From NCBI GenBank assembly GCA_004022145.1, contig RCNU01000001.1: a stretch of 64,000 nt of DNA. The stretch is one strand, 5' to 3'. Under the pieces are notes generated by a model, which was given only the letters and a program-made list of their open reading frames with translations, had not been told where the DNA came from and ran no database searches. The position numbers and the translations under genes are program-made. The DNA is from Paecilomyces variotii (lineage: Eukaryota). This document shows, piece after piece, positions 1 through 14,371 of this stretch (positions within the stretch are counted from its first letter, which is position 1; each line of letters begins with the position of its first letter).

Positions 1-470
1 TCTATTTTTCTCACGAATAAAAAACACTATTCACACACACACCCGTTACATCCGACCAACACGACACAACACTACGCTTATCATATACACACACCTAACT
101 ATCATCTAAGTTAAATAGTTAGTTATCATGTGGCAAGATCTTACTAATTACCTACCTTTCTTTTTCCCTCTTGCTCTTTATTCCCATATTCTTTTCGAAA
201 CCATTCTCTCAAATCAAGGGATAAGCAAGAATGAGAAATCAAGAATGATAACATGACATAATCCGAGTAATACAACCGATTAGTTACCTACCTAACTAGT
301 TATGTTGTGTTGTGTTGTATCCTCCCAGCCAGCCACCATGAGGAATTTCATAAATGATACCCTCCCCCCTAGCGCGACAAAACAAAAAACCAGACCACAG
401 GCTTATTGGATAAATCTTCCTATCGGACTATTTAGCCTAAAATTGCCTGAAACCGAAGCCATGGTTTTGC

Positions 471-497
471 GGGGGGGGGGGGGGGGGGGGGGGGGGG
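471..497. repeat. poly-G homopolymer (27 G, followed by AGGGGG)
   Basis: Directly visible run of G. Confidence 0.95.
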
Positions 498-1628
498 AGG
501 GGGTGGTTTCGAAACATACATAGATGATATGAAAATGTGAATTTTGGTTGGGGATGATGGCGCGCGCGCGGTTTTTTGTCTAGGTACCATAAGGTTGGGA
601 TATTTGTTTGATGTAACCCAAGAAGGAACGGTCAATGCGCCAATACGGTTAAGGAGGGAGGGTTCTCCGATTCTATCCTTCTTTAGGTCAATGGGTTGTG
701 GGAAGGAAGAGGGAACTTGGGGATGATTATCGCTGGACATGGTGGTTTGACTATATTATATAGTTAAATGTATATAGAGCATGAACTAGCACCACAGTTG
801 AATCGTTTCTAATGGCAAATAATACCGATCTTGTAGTTCATAAGATGGTAATTGTTTCTATTAAGGGTGTCTGTCAATTCTCGGGGGCGTGAGAATCAGG
901 TTACGCTTCTATTGGAGTCCATCTTTATATACATACATTACAAAGCCGCAATAGTAGCTAGTTATAAGGACGAGTAGATGAGCAGTGAATATTGACATAT
1001 ATCCAAGGTTCCACGGCCATTGAAGTCAGTAATATATACATTGATACGCCCGCGATTATACGCATTTATATTTATTTTTCTATTGCTGGTCTGCTCCGTT
1101 CGATACGCATACGCATAGGGATTTGCCCTCAATACTTTCCCACGCAAATGGCCGGTTGAGCCACTGTCCCCTAGAATAACCAGATGACAGAGAATGCTAA
1201 AAGATTTTCTATGATGTGCTCGAACACCATCCACTAGAATACGAACCTTTCCGGATACTCCAAATCTGGCACCAGTTCCCGTTTTATTGGAAATAGGTAC
1301 GCATATACAGAGTTATGTACTATGTTGAATTGTTGATGCCATTCATCAAGGTAGCCAAAGAAACCTATTTGACAGCAGAACACAAAATCCCAAGAACCTA
1401 GACTGGTATCTCTTTTGCAGACTCCGTTCCCTTTGCAAATGCATGATCCCATATTCGGGCCCGACTCCTAGCCGTCCGGCCATTTCCCATATAACCATCG
1501 CCTGGACGAAGTGAAAACAAAGAAGCATTCTCAAGAAACTCTTCCTTGAGGGAGGTTGAAGAAAGATACATAAAGTAGATGCAACAAATCAGATATCACA
1601 TGACAGTCGATATGGCCATCGACCACTT

Positions 1629-3646
1629 TCATCGCTTCTCCAAGCGACTCAACGCGCCCAAGACGAGACTGACGTCTCTTGGTTTCTCGCGTCTTATTCG
1701 TACCCTTGCTCTTCCCTCGCCCTCGCCCTCGTCTGTACTTCCCTCGATCTCTAATCGTTCAAGGGAGTTCTGCATGTCTCGTTCCTCTAGTCGTTGGGCA
1801 CAGATGCGCAGTATCTGCGAAGACACATTGTCTGCCGCAGAACGGTAGAGCTCGATATCATGGACACCTGCAGCAAAAGAGTCAAGCGTAGGTGCTAAAG
1901 ACGATGTCACCTGCGATAAACGAGAAGAGACAGCAGATATAGTCGTATTGGACAATAGGTCCGCCGAAGGAGACTGCTGTGGGCTCCGCCGGCTTGCACC
2001 TGCTTGCTGCAGTGCGGGGTTCAAGATTGCTAGTAGATCTCTCTGTGAAGGATCCAAGAGAGATGCGTCGATGTCTTGGGTCTCTGGCAATTGGGAGTCG
2101 GTTCTACCACCTTGGCTCTCCGTTTGTCGTTCTGACTGCAGAGATTTCGTATGCGGAATAGAAGGTGCTCGCAATAGAGCATTCAAAGAATGACGTTCGT
2201 TTTGTAACCTGGGTAGCGAAATTTTAGCCTTGGATTTCCGAGAAGCAGGGCGTTATTTTTCAAGCATACCTCTGTATTTGTTCCTCGAGCTCCTTTATCT
2301 TCTCTGCATTTTGGATATTCTTGGGATTGGGCTTCTTGACAACCACTGCCGGAGGCTCTGTCTCTTGTCTGCCGAACCAATCTGATAGCTCAGATACGTT
2401 TGCAAAGTCTTTCAACAGTTCCTCTTGAATGACTCGTGCTGCGATCAGTGAGTACATGAACTGCTCACTTGCTGTATTTCTCATTACTTACCTGCTAATC
2501 TTGCACTTTCGTCATCTGATCGAGACCCCGATGGCTTGTCCCCCATTGCTCGAGTAGCACACCATGTCAACAGTTGCCGCATTCTCCGTGGCTCTGGAAG
2601 ATCGCTAGCGATGTGTTTGTAGAAATCGGCTGCGTTGACTTCCTTGTGTGGAAGCGCTGCAAGAAAAGTATTAGTACTCCGTTCTATTCCAGGGTAGCCG
2701 GGTTGCTCGAGAGGGTCTCTCCCACCATTGGAGGCGCCAGAGTCTATCAGAGAACTGGCTCTTCTTCCTCGCATCCCAAGACTACTCCTTCTTTGGCCCT
2801 TTTTACCCTTCTCCGTTCTCATCTCCTTGTTTCGACGGATAACTGGGGTATCTGCAACTGGCAAGGCAATCTTTGACGTTCCTGGCTGCGACGGTTCGGG
2901 TGACATGAACGTATTGTTTTCGGTACCAGATTTGCTGGGCCTGCCTCTCTTCTTCTTGGGCTCAACTGAAAGTGAATCGATATCGTCAAATTTGCGAGTC
3001 GGACGAGAAGGCTCCTCAGATGCTCTGTCAGGTTCCGCAGACGTAATCCTCGAACTTCTTCGTCTCCCCCTCCCTTTGGTTGCTCCGTTGGTTTTCGTAG
3101 TCTCTTCCGTTACGCCATTCACTTCTGCCTCCGTTTTCGACTTCGTCGGTCTCCCTCTCTTGGGTGATCTCCGTTGAGCCGGTTCCTCCTCGACCCTCTC
3201 TGCAACTGAAGTCCTAGGCTTCTTCGGTTTGCTCGGGCGTGTGAACTGGAAACCATCCACATCCTCATCATAGTCTGTTATGAAGTATCAAACAAAATCA
3301 GCGGACCCATATACGACTCCGTACGCCTTCAATGCTAGCTGCCTCCCCGTTTTTCAACCCCTCGCCGGGTCCTTTCAATTGACCGACACTGAAAGACATT
3401 GCACCACTCACCAGCTTTTCTCTTGCTATCCACAGTCCTCCCACCTCTCCCATTCATGCCTGTGTTCACCGCTACCGCATCCTCCTTCGTCTTTGCTGCG
3501 CCTCGTGATCTCTTTCCTTTCCCCGTATCTTGCGCAGACGACGACGCAGGACGCGTCTGCGCCTGCGACGTCGCCATATCAATCGCCCTCAACGGTTCGC
3601 GACGCGTTATCTTCGTGCTTGAGGTTGTGACGACAGTGGTGCTCAT
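1629..3646 (-). CDS. dsn1: Kinetochore Mis12/MIND complex subunit Dsn1/Mis13-like, multi-exon
   Basis: ORF pieces 3335-3646, 2484-3260, 2260-2484 and 1629-2186 join across GT..AG introns (e.g. 3411-3275, 2725-2657). Contains RRSSLGMRGRRASSL and PHKEVNAADFYKHIASDLPEPRRMRQLLTWC, typical of fungal Dsn1/Mis13. Confidence 0.8.
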
Positions 3647-4696
3647 GTCAGAGATATAGCAGGCGGGGCGGTGAGCGTAGATGGACGACGAGCCACGGTG
3701 AGTTCCTTCTTGGTCGTTGTCTATTCTATATATCGCGCTTGAATCTCCGAATGCGATGGCGTATCATATATTATTAACGACAATCGTGCGCCCCCCTGAT
3801 CCTGAACGAGAATAGGTCGAGTCAAATCGTAGGCTTGCGGTAACCCCAAGACGTCACCCCAATTCCATGCAGTCGACGTGCAGAAACCCGGAAAAAGAAG
3901 CCTAGCAATCGCGATCTTTGAGTAACCCAGATCTTATAGCAACAGAAGGGGTTCGACAAGGGTCTGCGCCTTCGTGGTGTTGTGCGATCAGTGAATATCG
4001 GTCGGCTCGCGCTTCTGTACCGGGGATTAGAGAAACGGGAGTGAGGTGGGCGGTCGGGTGTCGCGCTTCGACAACGGGACGCGATAGAGGCACCAAACAA
4101 GTTCACGTCGACAAACCTGCCGGCGACACCAGCACGGATCCGATGCGACGATGGCGCTGAAGTCGATTCTCGCTTTCCAGAGGTGCCAACCGATATGATA
4201 TGACCGTCTGGGATGGAGACTGATCGAATTCGCCCGCCGTTGTTTTGGTCTTGGCGCGTGGGGACTGCGCTAGTCCGCTTTAGGCTGTAGAGGGGGATGC
4301 ATGATTTCAATTTTCAAGGGTTATTGAGTATTATATCGACTGTGCGAAGGAATCAGGTTTGGATTCGACCTTAGATCAGTGAGGATGGCTAGCCTAATTA
4401 CGCGGTCGTTGGCCGTTGGTCTCTTGGTTACTAGGAAGGCGAGTGATAGCTTGCTGAGACATGATCCAGGCAAAAAAAGAAAAGAGTGAACACGAATCAT
4501 ACAGTTAGTTCTAAATTGTCTACAGTTATCTGACAGGTAAATCAGAAAACCAGGATGCTAATAAACACACAATGGATGCTCAGTCATAGATCCTCGTTGG
4601 AATTAACCCCGTAGTCGCTGGGATGGTGGCATCTCTCGTAACGGCTTAGGCCTAGTGATCCCAACAGGAAGGCCTGCTTCCAAATGGATCAAGTGC

Positions 4697-7600
4697 CTAT
4701 TTGACAGATGCCAGATCTGTTGGAGGAGCCAAGCTTCCTTCGATCCGCCGCTTGGCCGCTTGCTTCTCCTCGTTGGAGATGTCTTCCTCGTTCTTACGCA
4801 TATCCGGCTCGTGCTGTGGCTGATCAGGAGAATGACCAATGGACATGCCGACGCGGATCTGTACAGGTATATCAGTTAGGATCGGAGTACGAAGTGAAGA
4901 GGGCTGAGGTCCACCTACCAAAGTTTCGAGGGCGCCCTTTGAGTTATCTACCAGGTCGCTATCGAAGTTCATCACACCCTGTTCAAACAACAAGAGAATT
5001 GTACTGCCGCCAAACTTGAAGTAACCGAGCTCTTCAGCTCGAGACACCTTCTCACCGGGTTTGCGAGTGATCACAGTGCTCCCCACCATCATCGCACCGA
5101 CACAGACGACCATGACCCGTCCGTGTGCAACGGAATCGATAGGAACTAGCACCCTCACGTTCTCACCATACACATCCAGAGCTGAACGGATAGCCATTGG
5201 GTTAACCGTATAGTACTCTCCTTCGATAGTCTTGGGAGTTCCCAGGACACCATCGACAGGAATATGGAAGCGATGATAATCCTGCGGTGCCAGACGGAAG
5301 ATTCCCAGAGCACCATTCTTGTAGCGTTCTGCGTCTTCCGGATAAGCATTTCCAAGGAGTCTCTCCACCGAGAACTCTCTGCCCTTCACCCAGATCTTAG
5401 TCGCTTCATCGATACGATCGAAGACAACGGACCGACAGTCTGCGGGGGACACGACAATCTTTGCGTTGTCCGGTGCGGAGCAGGGACGAGCTCCGGGCTT
5501 TAGAGCCCGATAGAAGAACTCGTTGAAAGTTTTGAACTGGTCTACAGGAAGCAAGACTTCCGACATGTCAAGTTGATGGAAGTTAATAAATCCCCGAATC
5601 TGACTGGCAGAAGCCGGGTCATCATACTTTTTTCCTTGCTTGATGCTTAGGGACTTGAGCATTTTACGAACTAACAATTGGTCAGCTGATAAATACTCTC
5701 TGATCGTCAAGGCCAGCGCAACATACTTCTCTTCTTTTCCATCTCCCTACTTTTAAGGCCTTTGTAGAGCAGGCGAATACCGAGTCGGACGTAAACGCTC
5801 ATTCGCTCCTCATTGATCTGTCCAGTAATTCTATCCTGGACAAGGATGTTGGCAGAGTTCGCACCAAGCTTGTAGCCTCCGTACGAGATCTTCGTTATGA
5901 CCTTGGAGTACCATTTGCGTTGTGCCTGACTCGAGGTGACAAAACCGCCCATCATAAGATTATCGACTTGGCGCCAGTCTTGACTAGCACATGTAGCGAT
6001 ATGTGTGATGATATCCGCGTCGCTGCGTTTCCCGAGTCGCGGTTGATGGCACAAAGGACATTCACGTATTTCGACGACGTGTTCCTCGCCTCGCTCATCG
6101 GCGAGATCATCTGGGGAGAGCTCATCGCTGGTCGTCTGTTCCTCGCTGGAGATAGCTGGCACGGCTGTACGCTCAGTGTCAGTGTTGGAGGCCGGCGTTG
6201 AATTATTTTCCGCTGCCAGCTCATCACTGCTGACCTCATCTTCACGTTCCTCCTGACCCTCCACAGAGGGCTCGGTCGTTCCCGGCAGCAAGCTCTTGAC
6301 CTTTGCACCAATATCGCGGACGCTCTTCTTCTGTAGTTCCTGGAGCTTTTCCTCGAGACAGATCACCGCTTGATCAAAAGTGAGATCCACCGTCTCACTT
6401 GGCTCGTTTTCAGCGGCAAATTTTCTGAAGAACCCATCGATGGTTGAGTCTTTCAAGGTAGACCCAAGAGTGTCCAGCATCGTTGTCAGTTCGACCTTAC
6501 TAACCCGGGCGCTGTCATCGGCATCGTACTGCTTGAGCATCACTCTCCAGAACTGCTGCCTGAGTGCAGGGTACGGCATATATTTGGCTTTGATGTATAA
6601 TTCCGGGGAGTGCTTATCTTCCCAGCGATCCTTGTTCTTCAGCTGAAGGGGGATTGTATAGGCTTTGAGATCCTCTTCCTGGCTAAGAGGTGTGACTGCG
6701 TCGTCGTTCAAGTTAGCAGCAACCGGGTTAGGGGTAGAGCTCGGAGCAACGCTTGGGACAGTCAGATGAGTGCTGGTGGTGTCAGATGGCGGCGCACTGG
6801 TCGAAGGAGTCGGGGTCTGCTGGTCTTGCTGGAACTGGGTAGATAATGATGTTCCCGAGCTTTTTGATTTCAAGGGTGGCTTCGACATTTTCGAGAGACT
6901 AGTACTTGACGAAGAGCGGCTCATTGGAAGTCGGAAACGAGATTTCGTAGCAGGAGGAGTGCGAGCAATATTTCCATAGGGCTCAGGGAGTCGGTACAAA
7001 CCCGTTTCTGGATCAGCTTCAGGAGCAGCTTGAATGAGGGTCTGCAGGGGCAAACTGGCTGAAGCCACAAAATCATTTCCTGAAAGCTTGTCTCGATCGA
7101 TGACGGTAAAACTCATGGTGTATTGCTGTTCATGCTTCATGACCTGGAACACCATCTTCTCATCGAAAACCGGGTTAAGATTATGCCTGATAACTCGGGT
7201 TCTCATGGTCTTCCTTCCCAGAGAGGTCACGACGAACGGGTCCATGTCAAAGGATGTGCGCGTCACTGTTCATAATCGTCAGCATCACTGCATCTCGGAC
7301 ATGGGTCCCAAGAACCCTAGCGATCACATACCGTTGCGTTCGGGCGGAAGATCTTTAATTCTGGAAATCTCCAAGAAGACAATGCCAGAGATTCCGTTTC
7401 CAGCGCCGCTGAATTGGTAGGCCCTAGCCGCAATCGACTTGCGCTTCAGGCGAGCAATGCGGAGTTTCCTCTTTTGCTTCTCGACGCCCTCCGACTTTCC
7501 TTGATCGTCTGTTTCCTCAGATGTCTCGTTGTCCTCCAATTCATTTGTATTCGCCCGGGAGAGCTCATCCTCATCATCTGCAGCGCGGACAACAGCCTTA

Positions 7601-8317
7601 AACTTCTGGTATGTCTCTTCCGGGGAAGCAGCGGGGTTGGATGCATCATAGAGTGAAAATTGCATAAGGATTTCTCCTGATACCGTGCTTCCCTTTTTCC
7701 CGGGCTTTCGTTTCGACTTGAGCGTGTACCATTTTGGCTATCACTGCGTCAGCAGACGGTCATTTCCCCATGGAGAGTGAAGACATACTTGCTGCTGCAG
7801 CTCACCACCCGCGAAGATCTCTTCCAGAGGAATATCGAACTCGCCCATGTAATCTTTTCCGAACTTGTCATGATCCCAGCAGATACATTCTAGCAAAGGC
7901 ACGCCCCCAATTGGCAGGTCAAATGTCACGTTCCACTCCGGGTTCAGGGTCTTCGATATCGTCGGGGTCGATTCTCTCGCATCTCCAAGGGTTACGATCA
8001 GATACTGAAGAGTCGTCAGATCTGTGTCCGCGCCGTATCGCCGCCAGGACTTACCGGATCGCTGGTACCGCCTCTATCTTTGGGCGCTAGGTTCCTCCCC
8101 TACTCCCAGCGTAATCAGTATTTCGGCTCTTAAGATGCGCGTGGCCGCACACGTCCCGCACGCTACTGACCTTGACCACCGTTGTCCTCAAAACCAGGCT
8201 CTTGTTTTCAAACTGCATTCTCAGCGGACTCGTACTTCGACTTGGACCCTGGGCTGGTGTCGAGGACTTGGAACTTAAGTGGGAGCTGATACGCTGCGGA
8301 ATCGGTAGGCGAACCAT
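4697..8317 (-). CDS. psd2: Phosphatidylserine decarboxylase 2 (C2 domains, EF-hand-like segment, PSD domain), multi-exon
   Basis: C2 segments ([41 protein letters not shown]) and PSD motifs [26 protein letters not shown], plus the self-cleavage motif FKFGGST. Start MVRLPIPQ at 8317. Confidence 0.95.
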
Positions 8318-8479
8318 CTTGAACGATGGTGCGGGGTTCGCGTATGCTTGGCCACGGAGAGACAACCTGTTTCTCCCTCTTCCAGCGAGGCCTGCGCGGC
8401 TCACTCTTGGTTAGTTGACATTGGCCTCCGAGCCGTCGGGAGCAGTTACCTACCTTAGGCCCTTGGTGCTAGGGGACTA

Positions 8480-8525
8480 TATGATGGTGGTGATGATGAT
8501 GATGATGATGACGGCGATGATGATG
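8480..8525. repeat. (GAT/GGT)n microsatellite upstream of psd2
   Basis: atgatggtggtgatgatgatgatgatgatgacggcgatgatgatg. Confidence 0.8.
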
Positions 8526-11500
8526 TACCCAGGCGGTCAGCTCTCAAGGCATTGAAAGCCACGGCAGCTTCCTTGGCCAAGGTCATACACTCCGGGAGAA
8601 GATGGATCGGACGAGAGAGCGCAATTTATCGGGGCAATTACTGTGAAAGGGGGGAAAGTTCCAGCTGCAACGCCGCCGGGAGGCTCTGTGGGCGATGCTG
8701 GACTAAGAATATCATCGAAGCCATCACCCCAGGCGGGACGGGCGTTAAGACAATGGATGCACAACCCCCAAACAACACCTTACGGAATCCGCGGCGGTCG
8801 GCAAACGCTCTCCAGGCGACATCAAGGCATGGCATCGCTCCAGCAGGCTTCATCCAACTCCTATCTCGTCCGCAACAGGGCCCAACAGACCTCAGGTCCG
8901 CTTTACCGCTGGTCCCAAGCGATCTCCGACTCCACATGGTGACGAGACCGCGCCGAGTCTACTCTATGATACTATCATCTCTGGTCGATGATGACAAGCG
9001 CCCGTTTGCGTATTCAGAAATACCTCGTCCTTTGTCCAGCGGTGGCGGTGTGGTATTGTTATGGTATTTATTAGCATCAATGTCATGGTGTACAGCTTCT
9101 GGACACGTTCGATGAGCAATCCTGGTGCTGTCAATCGTCAGGACGAACAACAGCCTTGAAGCCGTCGTAACGGCATGCATGGATGCGATTCAACGTCGCT
9201 TAATAATTTTTTTTTTTTTTTTTTTCAATATCTGTCCAGACGTCTGTTTCACACACAAGCAGAATATGCACGCCATCGGACCCCGACAGAGCCCCTGTGG
9301 CTGATTCCTCTGGGCTGTAAAACTAGAGTAGAAGCCGGTTCGAAACCAGGATCCTTCCCGCGCTTCTAGAGCAGAGCCAAGCACTTTCTGCGGCCCGCCC
9401 GCTGGGAGATCCGAAGTTCCGCACCTGGTTCAACTGTTGCGGGGTCTGTTGCTGCTGCGAGGATCTGCAGCTTTCACCAAGTTTATACCGGAGCGTTGGC
9501 CTGGCCTTTCGACATCACACGGACTTCAGAGCAGTGTGGAGGATATTGATCCCTGATCGACCTACAAACCCTTTCTCTCCTCTGTTAGTAATCCCCATTG
9601 TCTCAGTCGAAGATCATGACCCAGCGTGGTCTGAGCGAAGGAGAGGAGAACGAAAATGATCGGGACGACGGGACCATATGCAGTCTCTGCAAATTATCCG
9701 TGCGACACTATAAGAGAAGCCAGTTTTTGGTAATTGTGGAACCATATTAATTACGTTACCAAGACCGTTTTATCAAAATACTACGTACAACTATAGTGAC
9801 TGCTACAGCCTACTAACTAGACGAGATCGAGCGCGACGAGAAGGATGCTGCGCGAGAAGGGATAATGATATATCGCGATCAAGTTGCGGAAAGGGAACCT
9901 CGAAAAAAAAGGAAGATAAATTAGGTATACAAACTTACCAAGACCCTGGACTTACCTAGTCCGTTTATTGCCCAAGCGTTAGACAAAGGGAAAATATCTG
10001 TTCTGAAGGACGTATGCCATCGTTCTATCTATCCGTGCAGACCACCGTCAGCAAGAAATAACGTTTCTTGCCCCCCTCAACGAGTACACAACCGAGGCTG
10101 AAGACCAGCCGTCATAAGCCCAAGTGCATATGACTTCCAATCGTGGTTGATGGTCCTCAAAGCTTCTTAGCTGAAACTGAAGCAATTAGAGCCACTGACG
10201 ACCGGAAGGCACAGCGTATTATTTAACCATGGCTCTCACCCGGGCACGCGATCAATTATTTATCCGTTGTTATCATCATCATTCTCATTATTATTTCTAT
10301 TATTTTCTCTGCAGGTCTAGCCACTCAATTACTTCCAACCAGCCTCCAGCACCTAGTAACTAATCCAGTAGTGTATCTGCTACCAGTAATAAATAACTCG
10401 CACTTGTTTTCGCGTGGAATTCGGGGAAATACACTACTTAGTATTACTTAGTTAAGAACCGTTGTCTTCCTACTAACCACTCAGAGTCTAGTCAAGAGAC
10501 TCAAAAGAAAAAAAGAAGGGAAGGAAAAAAAAAAAAAGGAACGCTGCATGGAGCTACGTATCGACCAATGATCTAGAACAGTAATTATCTAGCCAAAATA
10601 ATAATAAAACCCACATCTAGGCTACAGGGAAAAGCAACAGAGAGAAAAAATCACAGCCACAGAAAGAGGCGGCGGCTCTGGGGCACTACTTACTGCATTG
10701 GTCATTCTCCACCGCGGCTGAGCTTCAGCTCTGGTATAGCCACCGTACCTAGAATACCGTAGTAGTAGTTCGAACGTCATATGCACCTGCCACCAAGTCC
10801 GTGGCATTGTCAGATTATGTCGAACCAGTAGTTAGGCTGGGCGATGACAGATCGTTGGCGAAGACTCAACGTCTGTTAGCTTCTAACGCTGCCCAGAAGT
10901 TGAAGTATAGATAGTTAGTGAGTGGTTTTTACGAAGAGTGGAGTAGGGGAAGAAGTGCGGCTGAGGAAGGTACAGTAGAGAAGCTGTGGGAATCCAGGAC
11001 CACGGAAGCAAAAACACTGGAAAAGCATTTGATACAATAAAATCTTAATTGCTTACAGAACTAGAGGAGTACTGAAATCTATCAGCCGTTTATGCCTCTG
11101 TCCTGGATTTCTACTGCCTGGAGCTGCGCTGGAACACTGTCTTGAGCGTTCCATGGTTCCAGCGTGTCTGCTCTATTGATGGATATAGGTGGCTTCCCGT
11201 TGCAGCTGCTACCCGGTTTGTATAGGATAGTAGCAGCAGTCTGCAGCTCGCTTCCACTGTACAGTGGGTGTATATTATGGAACGTCAAACAGAGCCCGTT
11301 GTCTTCAAGTTCATTCGATACTAGTGTGACAAGTGATTATCAATGTAGTTGCCTGTATTTATCTAGTCGGATGCTTTAGTATCTTCTCCATTGACATGGT
11401 AGATTTCTTGAATTGATCATTGAAGAAGTTAAACTCGGAAGTCTTAGCAAACGCGACACATGGTATATTAACGACGGTTCTTAGGTGGTGGATGTCTAAC

Positions 11501-11652
11501 CAAAAGACTTCCTCTTGCGGACCAGCCTCTGTTGACTACAAGGACTTATACAGAGATGAGGGAGGCTACCAGAGACATTCACCTCTAGCAAACGGAGTGG
11601 TGGGATGATGTGTACACATACTAGTCCCAGCATAACAATAAAATAAAATAGC

Positions 11653-13192
11653 TTAGTCGACTCTTCTCTCTTGTCTTCCCCATACCTCGTCTGCATTGGC
11701 TCTCCCCTTAGTCTCTGGGACCCACCAGAAGATGAAAGCCCCCAGCAGAGCAGACATTGCTGCGAAAATCCAGTAGATCCTACCGCGACCGCCGAGAGCG
11801 TCATTGAGAACAGGGAAGAACTGCGCCACGACAAAGGTGGCGATCCAGTTGCTGGCCAAAGCCCAGCTCTGTGTTGCCCCAACGGCTTCGGGTCCGGCGA
11901 GCTCTGAGGCTAGAATGAATGGAACTGGACCGAGTCCGACGGCAAAGCATGCGACAAACAGCAAGGTGGCTATGGCAGAGATAGCCTTCTGACCGAATGA
12001 AATGCCAAGCGCAAGCAGGATGGAGCTGAAACCCATGCCCGTAATGCTGAGCATGAGGCATCTTTTACGGCCAATCTTGTCCGGCAATGGGGCGCATGCG
12101 AGTGTGACCACTAGATTCAGGGCTGAGATGATCACCGCCAATAAGGCAGCTGTGGTAGGGAGGATGCTCTGCAGCAGAGAGACACTGTACATGACAATAC
12201 TGTTGATACCAGTGAACTGCTGAGCAATCATCACGCCGACTACTGCAATAATTGCAGGGCGATGAGTGGGATTCATCACGGCCCCAACAATGGAAACCGG
12301 AGGATTTCTGGGGGGAATGTTGCCCGATGGTGGTGTTAGAAGAGACTGCTCTTCAGCAGAGCTGTCTTCGGGTGCAGTGTCGACCTTCCATGCCCTGGCT
12401 TCCTCTCCAATATCTGCATCCTTCCCGCGGATCCGCTGGAGCACTTTCCTTGCTAGGTTGGGATGCTGATGTCCTGCCAGCCAAGTCGGGCTCTCGGGGA
12501 CAAAGAAAAGACCTAGAAGCTCCACGGTCCCGACAATGCCCGCAATTGCAAGGATAATCCTCCACATACTATCTCTGCTAAGGAAGAATCCGAGACTCTG
12601 CGTCAGGAGGATACCGACATTGGTCATGATCTGCGTAAAGGCACCAAAAAGGCCCTTCTTGTCGGGAGGGGCAATCTCTGATATGTAGATGGGACCAACG
12701 ACGATGGCAGCTCCAGAGCCAACCCCGGACAGCAATCTTCCAACGCTCAGCACAGGAATGCTGGGGGCAAGGGTCTCTGCAACGGGCCCGAGAATGAAGA
12801 AAGCCGTCGTGGCTCGTAGGGCAAACAGTCGTCCGTATTTTGTGGAAATTGGCCCTGCCAACAGGGCTCCCAGGAGACCTCCGAGCGTGTAGATGGACGA
12901 GACAAGACCGAATTGGGCTGGGTTCATCGGAATGCATTGTGGGAGCTTCGGGGCGGACTTGAATTTCGAGGTGATGCTCTTTTTCTCGCAGGTAATCACT
13001 ACTTGGGGTGCATTAAGCTCAGCCTGTAAATACGCAGTAGGTGTCAGCTGCAATCCTGCAGGAGCGGTTCCAGGAGATGTCAGACTATACCAGGTGATAT
13101 CCAAATTGCAAAGGCCCCAACGTGGTGATCAGGACCAAATAGATGAGGTACCCTGTCACCCGTGACCGGGTGTGCTCTCCCTGAGACGCCAT
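11653..13192 (-). CDS. MFS sugar-porter family transporter (Vps73/YBR241C-like), 2 exons
   Basis: Exon 1 MASQGEHT..LGPLQFGYHL (ATG 13192), intron GTATAG..TACAG, then AELNAPQ. Sugar-porter motifs GRLLSGVG, PIYISEIAP, PESPTWL, QQFTGINSIVMYS, GLGPVPFIL, VPETKG. Confidence 0.9.
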
Positions 13193-14371
13193 ATCTAACC
13201 AGGCTCTGCAGTGCTACTGACAAAGCGATTTATCGAGCATGTAGTATCACGAGCTCTCAAGTCAAATGGAAGATGGAGCGCAGACAGATGTTCTCCATGC
13301 TGCTGCTACTGTAGATGTTGTTGGTTGATCGAATTGAACGAAGATGATCAGGTCGCAGGAGCTCCCAGCATGACGTTGGCGTTGTCGCACGACGCGCGCC
13401 CGGCTCCGAGCGTCAGGTGAGTTTGCTAGTTGTTGCAGCTCCATACAGAAAGGAGGATAGCTATTAACTGATTGTACTGTATCAGATATTCCCGTTGGGA
13501 GAGCTCTAGTTTGGTCCAGTTCTCTGTCAAGAGCTTTCTCTCAGTAGAATCGAATGCCTCCGTCCCGATTACTAGTTTAATTACTCAAGTGTTGGCTGTT
13601 CTGTTGCTTCGGGGTTGTACATAACTACCTAACTATCGGATGATGCTTGTATCATTCCGCCCGCTAGTTAGAGTGCCGTCAGCACTTCGTCCTTGATGGT
13701 TTCCAGGTCTTCTCCTGCAGACATCTACTGTATGTACATGCAGCATGCGTGATTGACCCATCTCTGCAGTGGTGATTCATTCACTGATGAATCTTAAGGG
13801 AATCTCCAGCCTCTCCGCTGACTAAGTCACTGTCCCGCCCCTATTTTTCCGCCCCTAGGCTTTAGCAAACGCCAGCAAACGCCGTGATCTCCTATTATTG
13901 TCCCAGTGGAGAAGTTGGAGAAAAACATCGTCTGCCACGCCACTTGCGGTGCCGTCGGACCGGATCGTTCCCAGCACTTTCGTCGCTGCCAATCTTACCT
14001 TTTCTTTCTCCGCGCTGATGCCAGCGGGGGTGAGGAGGCGACTTAGTGTACCGCCTGCCTCTCCATGAGCCTGACCAACCCGCCATCCTCCACCGGAGGT
14101 CCTTTAACTGTCTCCTCAGTCAGGCCCGCGGCGGCGCCATCTGTCAGCCAGAATCTGACCAAGAGGAGTATGCAGGCCGCTCTTGACGGTAATACTACTT
14201 CTTCCTTTTTGATCCTCTGGCATTCCAGCATGTGCTCGTGATAAGCAGGGTTCTGGTATTTCTTGTGGGGTTTTGCTCCGCAGCCCGCGCGCTGGTCTTC
14301 CATTGCCCGCTGCTCCTCTCTCTTTCTTGATATCTGGAGGTGTCTCACGATCTCTGTAAATCTCCTTCATC

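Noticed and set aside
8552..9115. 187 aa plus-strand ORF upstream of psd2
   Set aside because: Non-ATG start, no recognisable motif, and located in GC-rich promoter DNA.
9290..9365. B-box-like GGTTCGAAACC suggesting a tRNA
   Set aside because: The T-stem pairs poorly and no acceptor or anticodon stems form. At most an isolated TFIIIC-type site.
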